From: Podarcis cretensis | Taxonomy: Eukaryota | Reading direction: 5' to 3' | Assembly: GCA_951804945.1 (NCBI GenBank) | Contig: OX638149.1 | Location: 139,438,001-139,502,000 of the forward strand | DNA length: 64,000 nt | Shown: positions 23,625 to 35,589 of the stretch, piece by piece | Layout: every line of letters begins with the position of its first letter | How positions within the stretch are numbered: position 1 is the stretch's first letter | The notes under the pieces: generated by a model | The model's database searches: none | Told to the model about the DNA's origin: nothing | What the model saw: the letters and a program-made list of their open reading frames with translations, nothing else | Position numbers and translations under genes: made by a program

Positions 23625-26340
23625 TATTAGGAGACGCTTGTGTGTTTGCCCTATTTCCCGATCCCTTCGCTCCCCATCTTAAATGCCCGTTAGAGTTTGA
23701 ACACAGCCAGAAAAAGTTTGTTGCCTGATATTGGCTTGCATATTTATTTCCCAGAACCAGACAAACACTTTCTTTAATATGACTCTCCTACGCTGAAACC
23801 TGTGTTTTGTTTCTAATATATTCTCTTATGTCCACTATTACATGATTTTCAGTTTTAACTCCCCATTTTACCAATTTCTTTTCTCTGTTGTGGAATTCAA
23901 CCCAAAATGCCCTGTGTTGAAACAGAGCTTTCCCAAAACAGTGTGAAAACTGGTTATCCTTGCATCATGGACTTTAATGCAGATGTGTAAGTTTGCCTGC
24001 GTGGCTGAACCTTTGCCACAGTTGTTTGTGTCACCCTCCATTTTCTAGGTCACATTTGGAGCCATGCCATTTCCACGGCAGCCCTTTCGGGACATTTCCA
24101 CTGCTTTCTTCTCCTTCTAGCTGTTTGAAATGTATGTTCAGGAGCTTCTCGAGTGGTCCCTAGGTTGCTTCTACTAACGTCTAGAATCACACTGAATTTT
24201 GAAGAATCCAATATGTGTGGGCACCAATGGATCAAATCTAAGACAAATTCTATACGCATTTTGACTTTAAAAGGGTGGATAGTATGCACATGTGTTGAGT
24301 TGTTCTTCATATTGAAAATGAAGCGCTACTGAATCAACCTTGACAAAATCAAGACACTGCAGGCAAGAAGCAGCAAACGCTCTTTTGCTCAGAAATGTAC
24401 ACACTCTCCTGATCCCTCTGCTGCAGTTGGGAGAACAAACAGCAACCGACTTCCATTTTTCATACTTCTCAGCAAGTGTGAAAGTGTGTTTAGATACCAG
24501 GGCATGTCTTAATCTGTATTTTGACAAATGCTTTTCTTGTTTCCGTCAGTGCTTTCTCCCATTTTTTCCTTCTCATCAGGTAGCTACTTTCCTCATGGTT
24601 AAGAACTAGCGCCCCAACGTAACAGCACGGGTGAGATCAGCAAAACCAAAACAGTATTTCAAAACATTCCCCTCTCCTGGCAATCTTTGTTCTCTTTCAG
24701 ATCCCAATAATGCAGATTTTGATCTCTATAATTTGGTCATAGATATGAAGCTTATAGATATGAAGCTTAGGATCATGTTTTCGCTTATTGAAAAGATCAC
24801 CTAAGCCTTTATGTTTAATTCAGATGAACTGCTGTCATTCATAGAAGTTAAAGGATGATTATGTCCACGGTACAGTGCTGTAATTATTATTATTTTTAAA
24901 AAGAAAAAGGATTAATCCTAAAGATCTTGGCTTTACTAGAAGCTGCACAAAAACCTGCACAAATTATTTAAGTTCTTGGGGGAATGATTATTTTTATTAT
25001 CTCGCTGCCCTATTTTTGAAGGGGTGTGTCCTTTTCCCCCCTTTGCACTGCGTCTTGCTGCAAGAGCAGCAGCCGAGCAAGCCCAAATCTCTCTTTATTT
25101 TTTACAGTGGTGCTCCACAGTGTGTGTTCGCTATGACTGATAGACCTGTCAGTCTTATCCCCAAACCAAAGCAATTGCCTCTCTGATCCACTCTGTTTCC
25201 ACAAGCCTAGGGAGTGAATCAACTGTTAAACCTTGTATGTTTGCATCCATAGTGACAGCTGAGGCATAGTGTAAAAATTTGGGGAAAGAGGGAAGATACC
25301 AATTTTATTAGTTATTTTAAAAAAATAACCTCTAAATACAGAATGTGGCAGCTGCCTGGTATGTTGAGAATGTCAGATTTAAATTTATTTGGGGGGGGGG
25401 GGGTTTTAGCCCTCATTATTTACCTGGCAAAAGTTTGGAGAAGCCAATAAGTTTCCAGTCATTACAGCAAAGTGCCTCTTCACTTTAGTTGTTGTTGTTC
25501 CCAGGGCATGTTAGAACAATGTAAAGTTAAAAATTAAAAACCATTAAAACAGATTATAAGCACAGGAATAGGGTGGGCACCGAAAACACATATCTCAGAT
25601 GTCAAATGCCCCCATTGCTGTCCACTTCCTTTCACAAGTAGTGTTATGAGTTTTCTTGTAATGAATGAATTCTTAGCACATAATTCCAACGAACAGCGCG
25701 CAGCCAGCCCCCCACCAGTTGCTTGACAACTGCCTTTTTCCAGTGGGGAGCAGGAGAATGAAAAGAGGGGAGTCTGTTTGGGTCATTTCTCATCTATTCT
25801 TGGATATCACAATGTTACTATTATGTTCCATGTTATTCTCTGGTAATACTGTGCAGTATAGATGAAACATTATGGGATAATCAACACCTATCAAGGGCTG
25901 TTGCTTCTCTCTTGGCTCCTCCAAAATACAGTGAATATTGCGTAGCAACAAATAAATGTTTGATGACTCGATACATATGCAATGAAAGTGACTTTTTATA
26001 TCGTTTAAATCCATTCAGTTATTTATTTTCATGTTTGCAATTGCCGACATCTCAAGACAGAAATAAAATGAGTATGTCACCCTGGCTTGCAGTTACATTT
26101 GCACAATTTTCATTTCAGATAATGTAACAGGTGCATTTCTGTCTGATGATGGGCGCTGCAGAGTTTATTGTTTTAAAGGATGATATATTTCTGTTTACCC
26201 TGAAATTAATCATGATGAAATACCAAAAGATCTACATCTTTCTGAGACATTGGCAGGAAGGTATTGAGAGATTGCCTCTCCCATGGCGTTTGTTCACCTT
26301 TGTGGGTAGTTGCGGAATAGATGCAGAATGTAAAAGCTCT

Positions 26341-28378
26341 TTAAAAAAAAAAAAGTGATATTTTATTAAGTTTTTAACAAGAGAAAAGTTACAAAACGAT
26401 AAACAAAAAACACAAGAAAAATACAAAAACCAAAATTTAACATAAAAAGAAAAAGAAAAAAGAAAAAAGAAAAATCCCTCTTTTTAACTTCTCACCGCTC
26501 ATTTACTTATTTTCCTGACTTCCTCACACCTCCCTTTTTTGTATTCCATTTAAAAATTGGTTCAGCAAATTCATACCCTCTTAATTTACCCTTAATTATT
26601 TATCCTCACGGGATATTCTTGCATATTCTTATTTTACCAAACCTTTCTGCTAAAGCCAATTAATTCCTTTCCAGCACATTCTTATATTTCATTAGTATTA
26701 CACTAATTCCAAAGATTATATATATATATATAAATTCTCATTCTGGTTTTATCCAACGTCCCTTCTTCCTGGTTTCGGGTTATGTCAGTCCTTTCAACCA
26801 TTATATCCTGTCCATCAATCTGGTGTTCTAATGTCCGAGGCTCTCGGGTCTCTTCTATGCCCCCTCTGCAAGTTTTCTTGTTCCTGTTTGTACTTGCACG
26901 CTTCCTTGTCCCTTGTTGGATTCTTTCGTAGTTTCTTCCCTTTCTCCTTGGGGAGTGAGTCTCCGGGGAATTCCATACAGTAATAATCTCCATTTTCTTT
27001 CCTCAGATTGTCCCATTCCCCACTAACCCACTCACCTGTGTTAATTTTGTAATCCAAAAAGTAGTTGTTCCAGAAATATTTATCAACTTGTTTCACAGCC
27101 CCACCAGAGCTAAGGACTTTCTTAACTCCAAGATCTTGCAGACACTCTCCAAAATCAGTCTTCCAGTGTTGCAGCTTTTGGTCATGCGGGACTTTAGATC
27201 TCTGTAACTTTTGAGGCGCAATCACCTCCTCTTCCATCTTCATCTGCCCTTGGACTTGCCTTATTGAACCAGTTTCCTGGATTGGTTGTTGTAAGATTTC
27301 TTTATCTTCGTTTCCTGTTGGTTCATATTTACTAGCTGCAGCAGAAATAAAATCCAACTTTTCATTCATCAAAGTCACTTTCTCATCCAACTGCTGCAGC
27401 ATAGTGTTTATTTTGCCAAGGGCAGAGAGTAAAACTTCCTCCCTATTCATTTCTGTTCAAGGTCAAATAGCTGGTCCCACGGTCTAATTTTCACAGCTGT
27501 TATATCTTCCCTGTAGATAGCAGCAACAAGCTGACAAGCTCCCTCTAGGGGACACAGTTTCTATTTAACTTCCATCTTTAAAATGTATCCAACAAAGGAA
27601 AATTCACTTTCGATTTTCCAATACTTTGTTTCCTTACAATACAATACAAAAAAGCAGAAAGCAGCATTGACGTTATTTTGTTTCTCTTTTATTTCTATCT
27701 GTCAAAAGTGTTCCATTTTCAATTTCAATTAATGGACATCTCCGGCAATTCCTGTCCTGACGACCCGTCCCCAGGTTTGGGATGATGGAAACTTATATTC
27801 TTTTACTCTCTCTGCAGGATTAAGAAGTCAAAATTTCTTCCCCTCTTTTCTCCTGCTGTCAAGGGGGTTTTGATGGTTATAGATGCAGGAAATTTCAATC
27901 TTAAAATCAATTTTCCAAGCGGTTTAGCTTGCAAAGTCTTTTGCTTCAGTCTATTTACAAAAAGCGGAAGGCGGACTTCCTGTTTAGACCTTCCCGCTTC
28001 GTTGCCTAATTCATAAAATTTTCTTAACCAAATCTTCCGTTTTTACTCACGGGTGCTTGTTTAAAGTTGAATTGTCACAGGAAAGAGGACAGTGCTCTCC
28101 GGCATCGGCTATGCAGCTTCGCTCTGCAGAAGTAGCGATTGACTCTCAGCACCGCGCCAAACACCCCGTCCTGCTCCGGAGCCCTTTGCAGGGTTCCTTT
28201 GCCAATTGGGGGGGGGCGCAAAAGGTGCCCGCCGAGTCCCACGGTCGCAGGCTTCACCGCCTGTGGTTTTCAAGAGGGTCCCCGCTTCGCTGTAGCGGTA
28301 GGACCCGATTTCTGCGGGGCTTTCTCCCTCTAAGTTAGAGGGAATCCGCCATTGCCGATGGCGCCACCTCCGGAAGTC
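26341..28378 (-). mobile_element. Full-length non-autonomous L1-like (HAL1-like) retroelement, 2,038 bp
   Basis: Perfect 17-bp TSD cagaatgtaaaagctct (26324-26340 / 28379-28395). 5' end GACTTCCGG..AATGGCGG with a CpG-rich leader; AATAAA at 26362-26367 near the 3' end. One ORF, no RT or endonuclease. Confidence 0.8.
26815..27450 (-). CDS. 211-aa orphan ORF inside the L1-like element; N-terminal heptad (coiled-coil-like) segment and basic C-terminus
   Basis: Intact ATG-to-stop ORF. LLSALGKINTMLQQLDEKVTLMNEKLDFISAA shows heptad periodicity. No homologue recognised. Confidence 0.55.
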   Translation of the reverse strand: MNREEVLLSALGKINTMLQQLDEKVTLMNEKLDFISAAASKYEPTGNEDKEILQQPIQETGSIRQVQGQMKMEEEVIAPQKLQRSKVPHDQKLQHWKTDFGECLQDLGVKKVLSSGGAVKQVDKYFWNNYFLDYKINTGEWVSGEWDNLRKENGDYYCMEFPGDSLPKEKGKKLRKNPTRDKEACKYKQEQENLQRGHRRDPRASDIRTPD

Positions 28379-28926
28379 CAGAATGTAAAAGCTCTAAGTA
28401 AACTGATGACTTACCAAAAGAAGATCAACTTTGTCTCAGAAGAAAGCAGCGACCTCAAGTCTGACTGGAGTCCCTGGACTTTGATACAGTGGGTTTGGAC
28501 ATGCATGTGGGTTGCTGATGGGGAGGCTTGCATTCTGAGATTTTAGGAAACTGCCACTCTCTCAGCCCCAAACAGGGACCCAAGTTTCATGATTAGAAGG
28601 AATTGTATCTTGCAACCTAGGGACATAAGTGCATTTTGTGTCCTGCTTATTAAATTGTTGGCCTTTTTGGCTGGGTATCAAGCTTCTTTGTCTTTTGCTA
28701 GAGAGAAGAGGCTGAAAGTTGCCACCTGGCTGCTTTTTTCTTCATAGTTCCTCCCTGACCAGGAAGGGTCTCAGAGGTTCTTTCTCTGGGTCTCTCTTTT
28801 CCTCTTCTTTTATATGTGACTCTCCTGCCATGCCCACATTTCAGGACCCTTTCCTTGCTCACAAATAGCTCCTGATGAACAAGCAGGCCACTCCTCATGA
28901 GGTGGCCATGCTCTCTGAGCCTACAG

Positions 28927-29062
28927 CAGGCATAGGCAAACTTGGCCCTCCAGATGTTTTGGGACTACAATTCCCATCATCCCTGACCGCAGGTTCTGTT
29001 AGGTAGGGATCATGGGAGTTGTAGTCCCAAAACATCTAGAGGGCCGAGTTTGCCTATGTCTG
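28927..29062. mobile_element. Fold-back hAT (Charlie-like) MITE, 136 bp
   Basis: ~57-bp inverted arms with 5 mismatches. TSD gcctacag / gcctagag. Confidence 0.88.
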
Positions 29063-29124
29063 GCCTAGAGATTTGCCTCAGGCTTCAGGAGGGAGGGAGG
29101 TATCTCCCCCAGGCTGCCCTCGGA

Positions 29125-29508
29125 CTAGGAGTGGAAGGACGTATCAATCCACTACTCTCTGCTTCTCATTTTTCCAATCCAGTCTTCATGAATTCTTCAT
29201 GAAAATTCATAAGCATTTTTAGTGCAAATTTATGCTACTAAATACATCTTTATGCAGTTTTGACTAATGTACAGTTTTCCCTAATGCAATGCATTTTTCT
29301 ATGTTATTAGCACTAATATGTTAATTTTTACACACAATCTCCCTAACATATACATTTTTGCAAACATTTGTTGGTGAACTTGATCACTGAATTCAGACAA
29401 GTGAATTTTGAAGGATGGCTGCATTTCAGTCCTTGTATTCTCTTGGAAAGTGTGAATTTGATAGATTCATCATTAAATGCAAATTGAATCTGATTTCTCT
29501 CCATCTCT
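29125..29508 (+). repeat. Old AT-rich interspersed repeat (TAGGGATG-terminated family)
   Basis: ttctcatttttccaatc motif shared with the 48292 copy; ends ccatctcta. Confidence 0.5.
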
Positions 29509-30695
29509 ACCTGGGACTGGCCACCTATTGCTTCTTTGACAGAATTGTTGCTTCCTCCATGAGTACCCCCCTCCCCCAATCCAGGACTGCACTTTCTCTT
29601 TCCTTCAATCCCAATCTGGGACTCCATTGCACACCTGGGACCTCGGCAAGCTAGTTTGCCTCTGGATCTGTACAGAAATCTTGTCCCTTTTTAATGTAAA
29701 CAAGCCATGAGCACCCTACACAGTAATCATATATTTGGGTTCCACAGAGAAACCTCCTTGAATCCTTAAAATGCAGCTGTTGACTTTCTGAATTTGTTCT
29801 TGCCTGCGTTGCTCTGCTGAAGTGTGTGGGTGTGTTGAAGGTAATGTGATGGTATTTTGTACTTTTCAGCATGAGTTGTTTTTATTTTTTAGCAACCCCT
29901 TATTTTCTAACTGAGGGCTTTAATGTAAACATGCCTGAAATTAAAAGAACTTAAACACTGCAGGAAAGTGAATTATAGGTTGACAAGTCAATTACTTCAG
30001 ATGCATAACTTGCTTCTTATGCTAGACTTCTTCCTGCCCATATTGGAATGTCACTCATGCCCTTTTAAATTATGCCATAGTATAACACCTCATATTTGAA
30101 AAGTTAGCTATGTTTGTCTTTGGGAGCAATACCAATACAGTGCTTCACTGTTCCCATACACTTTTTAGAAAACAAAGAACTGAACTTCAGATGTATAATC
30201 TTAAAAGCATCTCTTCATTTGCACCATGGGACATTAATTTCATACTTTGTGCCCCAAAGTAACTATAAATCATTTCCTTTGATTAAAGAAAAAAAGGGGG
30301 GTTGGGAATCAAAGAAAGCAAACGCATAATTTTATTCAGTCATGCTGGGAGAGGAGTGGGTATCAAGTCTGTAAAAGAACAGGCAATGAAAACTTGGCTT
30401 TAGCAGGGGTGGAGTTCCCATGTCTGCCTATCAGGGAATTCTTTGTCTGCTGTGTTCACGCAACACGTTGAGGATGAATCCAATTTGGTACATCACTACG
30501 GCTGGCTGGAAACACAGGCTTCCAAAATCATTAGCTCTTAGATTAAAATGCTGCCTATAAAGATAAGGGAGCTGTTCCAATAACCCTTTAATCAGTTTTG
30601 TTTTTTAGAAGAGTAAAAGTGTAGTCATAAAATAATTCATTTTTAGAACATCTCCATATTACACTAAATAGTGAAGAAGAAGAAGAATTTTCTCT

Positions 30696-33644
30696 TAGAA
30701 TCATAGAATCATAGAGTTGGAAGAGACCACCAGGGCCATCGAGTCCAACCCCCTGCCAAGCAGGAAACACCATCAGAGCACTCCTGACATATGGTTGTCA
30801 AGCCTCTGCTTAAAGACCTCCAAAGAAGGAGACTCCACCACACTCCTTGGCAGCAAATTCCACTGTCAAACAGCTCTTACTGTCAGGAAGTTCTTCCTAA
30901 TGTTTAGGTGGAATCTTTTTTCTTGTAGTTTGGATCCATTGCTCCGTGTCCGCTTCTCTGGAGCAGCAGAAAACAACCTTTCTCCCTCCTCTATGTGACA
31001 TCCTTTTATATATTTGAACATGGCTATCATATCACCCCTTAACCTCCTCTTCTCCAGGCTAAACATGCCCAGCTCCCTTAGCCGTTCCTCATAAGGCATT
31101 GTTTCCAGGCCTTTGACCATTTTGGTTGCCCTCCTCTGGACACGTTCCAGTTTGTCCGTGTCCTTCTTGAACTGTGGTGCCCAGAACTGGACACAGTACT
31201 CCAGGTGAGGTCTGACCAGAGCAGAATACAGTGGCACTATTACTTCCCTTGATCTAGATGCTATACTCCTATTGATGCAGCCCGGAATTGCATTGGCTTT
31301 TTTAGCTGCCGCGTCACACTGTTGGCTCATGTCAAGTTTGTGGTCAACCAAGACTCCTAGATCCTTTTCACATGTACTGCTCTCAAGCCAGGTGTCACCC
31401 ATCTTGTATTTGTGCCTCTCATTTTTTTTGCCCAAGTGCAATACTTTACATTTCTCCCTGTTAAAATTCATCTTGTTTGTTTTGGCCCAGTTCTCTAATC
31501 TGTCAAGGTTGTTTTGAAGTGTGATCCTGTCCTCTGGGGTGTTAGCCACCCCTCCCAGTTTGGTGTCATCTGCAAATTTGATCAGGATGCCCTTGAGTCC
31601 ATCATCCAAGTCGTTGATAAAGATGTTGAATAAGACCGGGCCCAAGACAGAACCCTGTGGCACCCCACTAGTCACTCTTCTCCAGGATGAAGAGGAACCA
31701 TTGATGAGCACCCTTTGGGTTTGGTCAGACAGCCAGTTACAAATCCACTGAGTGGTAGCATAGTCAAGTCCGCATTTTACCAGCTTCTTTACAAGAATAT
31801 CATGGGGCACCTTGTCAAATGCCTTGCTGAAATCAAGGTAGGCTACATCCACTGCGTTCCCTTCATCTACCAGGCTTGTAATTCTGTCAAAAAACGAGAT
31901 CAGGTTAGTCTGACATGACTTATTTTTCAGAAATCCATGCTGACTATTGGTGATCACAGTATTCCTTTCTAAGTGCTCACAGACTGTTTGCTTAATGATC
32001 TGCTCCAGAATCTTCCCTGGTATTGATGTCAGACTGACTGGGCGGTAATTATTTAGGTCCTCTCTTTTCCCCTTTTTGAAAATAGGGACAACATTTGCCC
32101 TCCTCCAGTCTGCCGGGACTTCGCCTGTTCTCCAGGAATTCTCAAAGATGACTGCCAGTGGTTCTGAGATCACATCTGCCAGTTCTTTTAATACTCTTGG
32201 ATGCAGTTCATCTAGCCCTGGAGACTTGAATACATCTAAACTAGCCAAGTATTCTTGTACTATCTCCTTAGTTATTCTGGGCTGTGTTTCCTCTGCTGAA
32301 TCATTTGCTCCAAATTCTTCAGGTCGGGCATTGTTTTCTTTATCAGAGAAGACTGAGGCAAAGAAGGCATTGAGGAGTTCAGCCCTTTCTGTGTCCCCTG
32401 TTTGCATTTCACCATCTTCTCCTCTGAGTGACCCCACTGTTTCTTTGTTCTTCCTTTTGCTACGAACATACCCATAAAAGCCTTTTTTGTTGCTTTTAAC
32501 CTCTCTAGCAAGCCTGAGTTCATTCTGTGCTTTAGCTTTTCTGACTTTGTGTCTACACGTGCTGGCTATTTGTTTGAATTCCTCTTTGGTGGTTTCCCCC
32601 CTTTTCCATTTTTTGTACACATCCTTTTTTAATCTTAACTCAGTTAAAAGTTCTTTAGATAGCCACCCTGGCTTCTTTAGGCACCTTCCATGTTTCCGTC
32701 TCATTGGTATTGCCTGAAGTTGTGCTTTTACTATCTCCCTCTTAACAAACTCCCAGCCATCATGAACTCCCTTTCCTTTTAGTATTACTGTCCATGGGAT
32801 CTCACCCAGCACTTCCCTACGTTTTATGAAGTCGGCTTTCTTAAAGTCAAGAAATTGAGTCCTAGTATGCTTGGCTGCTCCTTTCCGCTGTATAGTAAAC
32901 TTCAGAAGAGCATGATCACTCGCGCCTAATGATCCTTCCACTTCTACCCCACTAACCAGGTCATCAACATTGGTTAGGACCAGATCTAAAATGGCTGTTC
33001 CTCTTGTTGCTTCTCCCACTTTCTGGACAACGAAGTTGTCTGCAAGGCCAGTGAGGAATCTGTTTGACCTTATGCTCTTGGCTGAGTTTGACATCCAGCA
33101 AATATCCGGGTAATTAAAGTCCCCCATTACTACTATCTCCCTTCCTTTTGCATGCTTGGCCATCTGTTCCAGGAAGGCATCATCTATGTCCTCCGTTTGG
33201 CTTGGGGATCTATAGTAATCTCCCACAATGAGGTCCCTGTTATCCTTCTCTCCCTTAATTTTGACCCAAATGCTCTCACTTTGGCTTTGAGGTTCTAAAT
33301 CTTGGATCTCTTCACAGGTATACACATCCCTGACATATAACACCACTCCTCCTCCTTTCTTGTCTGGTCTGTTTCTCTGAAATAGATTGTATCCCTCCAT
33401 TATTACATTCTAGTCGTGGGACTTATCCCACCAGGTTTCAGTGATGCCTATTATGTCATATTTAGTTTGCTGTACCAAGAGCTCAAGCTCATCTTGTTTA
33501 TTACCCATGCTTTGCGCATTAGTGTACAGACATTGAAGTCCATTAATCATTCCCCCGTGTCTCTTATTTAAGGATTCTTTCCTCCCACCACTAGGTCTGT
33601 GTGCTGTTTGCTCCATTTGGTCTATGACATTTGGTCTATGACAT
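30696..33644 (-). mobile_element. CR1 LINE, ~2.95 kb, essentially complete ORF2, 5'-truncated
   Basis: (ATTCTATG)n tail at 30696-30715, followed upstream by APE endonuclease and RT coding sequence. Confidence 0.97.
30866..33400 (-). CDS. CR1 ORF2 (APE endonuclease + reverse transcriptase), 844-aa open segment
   Basis: Endonuclease motifs VMGDFN, LDLVL, SDH; RT motifs [32 protein letters not shown]. The N-terminal piece CLYTNAQSMGNK..IGITETWW (within 33410-33616) is in frame behind one TAG. Confidence 0.93.
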   Translation of the reverse strand: MEGYNLFQRNRPDKKGGGVVLYVRDVYTCEEIQDLEPQSQSESIWVKIKGEKDNRDLIVGDYYRSPSQTEDIDDAFLEQMAKHAKGREIVVMGDFNYPDICWMSNSAKSIRSNRFLTGLADNFVVQKVGEATRGTAILDLVLTNVDDLVSGVEVEGSLGASDHALLKFTIQRKGAAKHTRTQFLDFKKADFIKRREVLGEIPWTVILKGKGVHDGWEFVKREIVKAQLQAIPMRRKHGRCLKKPGWLSKELLTELRLKKDVYKKWKRGETTKEEFKQIASTCRHKVRKAKAQNELRLAREVKSNKKGFYGYVRSKRKNKETVGSLRGEDGEMQTGDTERAELLNAFFASVFSDKENNARPEEFGANDSAEETQPRITKEIVQEYLASLDVFKSPGLDELHPRVLKELADVISEPLAVIFENSWRTGEVPADWRRANVVPIFKKGKREDLNNYRPVSLTSIPGKILEQIIKQTVCEHLERNTVITNSQHGFLKNKSCQTNLISFFDRITSLVDEGNAVDVAYLDFSKAFDKVPHDILVKKLVKCGLDYATTQWICNWLSDQTQRVLINGSSSSWRRVTSGVPQGSVLGPVLFNIFINDLDDGLKGILIKFADDTKLGGVANTPEDRITLQNNLDRLENWAKTNKMNFNREKCKVLHLGKKNERHKYKMGDTWLESSTCEKDLGVLVDHKLDMSQQCDAAAKKANAIPGCINRSIASRSREVIVPLYSALVRPHLEYCVQFWAPQFKKDTDKLERVQRRATKMVKGLETMPYEERLRELGMFSLEKRRLRGDMIAMFKYIKGCHIEEGERLFSAAPEKRTRSNGSKLQEKRFHLNIRKNFLTVRAV

Positions 33645-34101
33645 CTTCCTTTGGATAGTGCTAAAGAGAGTGTCCCTTTTTGGTGACAGTAGTGTAAGAT
33701 GTCTTTTTAGTTTATTTTTGCTGAGTACTGAAGGTACTTTTTGTGATAAGGGATTAAACTAACTTTTTTAATTTTCACACCTATCTTTCGCATGATGGAA
33801 TCAGGAGATGTTTCTTTATTTTCTTATTACTGGGCCAGATTTGAGACCTTTCAGGGGGCTTTGGGGAAAATCTTTGGGAGGTTTTCTGAGAATTCTCCAC
33901 AACTGGGAATAATGCCCAGCCCAGGGGGAATCACCTACTGTTGCTAACCCCCCTTCACAGCCTTTCCAAAACTCTTTTCAAAATGAATACAAACTAAGGA
34001 GGGGAAGGGTGTGCATACATTAGAGTGGTGCTACTGTGACATACACCATCACTGAAGATGGGTGTTTTCATAGATAAAACTTCCCCTGTAGTCACACAGT
34101 A

Positions 34102-34316
34102 AAAGGTAAAGGGACCCCTGACCATTAGGTCCAGTTGTGGCCGACTCTGGGGTTGCGGCGCTCATCTCGCTTTACTGGCCAAGGGAGCTGGCGTACAGCT
34201 TCCGGATTATGAGGCTAGCATGACTAAGCTGCTTCTGGCAAACCAGAGCAGCGCACGGAAATGCCGTTTACCTTCCTACCGGAGCGGTACCTATTTATCT
34301 ACTTGCACTTTGATGT
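34102..34316 (-). mobile_element. Sauria SINE, 5'-truncated
   Basis: 11-bp TSD gtcacacagta (34091-34101 / 34317-34327); aaaggtaaaggg tail. Confidence 0.92.
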
Positions 34317-34454
34317 GTCACACAGTAGAGGTCTATAATTAACCATTTGTGGTAGCATTTATGTTTAGCATCACCAGTGCATCATAGTTCTGTGAGCAGG
34401 GCAGAAGCTAGGCTTTCCGTCACCCGGGTCAAAGACACACGTATACACACACAC

Positions 34455-34573
34455 AGGAGTTGCCAGAAGGAGGCATACTGAGTGCCATCAAACCATCTTA
34501 GGGACTCTATTCCAGATTTCTGTAGGGTTTCTCCTTAGCCTTTCTTCTCCTGAAGATGTCTTGCAAGGCAGCA
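34455..34573 (-). mobile_element. RTE 5'-UTR-derived remnant
   Basis: Similar to 21410-21510 (gaaggagg..gtgccatc..accatcttaggg.ctcta..tgtagggttt.ctccttagc). Confidence 0.55.
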
Positions 34574-35111
34574 GCTAATGTGATGTTTCAACTTTTGGAA
34601 CAAAATTGTATGCTCATGGTTTTGCACGTGAGGCACCTTAGTTGTAAACATCAATTCTGTACAGAGGAACTTTTAAGCAGCACTCTTTAGCAAGCTCTGA
34701 GAGAGAGTTGAGGCAGGGAGTGGCCAACATTATAGGCAACTAGCTCACTGATTCAGAAAAAGAAAGGGATATTTTGAACTAAGATTAGATTAAATGCATC
34801 ACTTAGCTGGCAGAAGGTTCATGGTATGGTTCAGTCTCACATGGCGTCATTTTGTAAAGCATTCAGCAGCAAATATTGCAGCCACAGTTCATGTGAGGCA
34901 AATAGAACAGGAGAGGGCAATTTCATTTCAAATTGATAAGTACTGTTCTCTAGCCTTGCCAGTTTGGATGGAGGTCATCTCAAGGTAAAGACATAGCAAC
35001 TATCCATTGTGTCAAATGCTTTTTTGTGTGTATGCGCCTGCTTGCTAAGGGTGGTGCAAACCAAGATAAGGTATTGAGATATGACATGATTTGTTCCACT
35101 AAATCTCTGTA

Positions 35112-35353
35112 CAGTGGTACCTCGGGTTACAAACACTTCAGGTTACAAACACCTCAGGTTACAGACTCTGCTAACCTGGAAGTAGTACCTTGGGTTAAGA
35201 GCTTTGCCCCATGATGAGAAAAGAAATCGTGTGGTGGTGGTCCAGTGGCAGCGGGAGGCCCCATTAGTTAAAATGGTACCTCAGGTTAAGAACGGTTTCA
35301 GGTTAAGAACAGACCTCCAGAACGAATTAAGTTCGTAACCAGAGGTACCACTG
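35112..35353. mobile_element. Tc1/mariner-type MITE
   Basis: TA|CAGTGGTACCTCGGG ... CCAGAGGTACCACTG|TA. Confidence 0.92.
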
Positions 35354-35589
35354 TACTTCCAAGATGCTGCTGTTTATTATTTTCTCTTCACAGAAACAGA
35401 TCTTAGCAATTCTTATTGATGCGCCTGCTTTTTGGGGGAGTGGGGGAGATAACAAATTTAGTCTTTTGTGATTCAGTTTTGGGTGCTAGGTTTCAACTTT
35501 GTTCTTACATTGATAACTAACCGGTGAATATTAGTTGCTGAATCAGTGGATTGATACACTTAGGAACATATTTTTGGGCATGACTGCTA

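Noticed and set aside
26119-26260. Exon-like segment translating to ..GAFLSDDGRCRVYCFKG*YISVYPEI.. (faintly hemopexin-like)
   Set aside because: It has an in-frame TGA, the spacing does not fit a hemopexin repeat, and no neighbouring exons were found.
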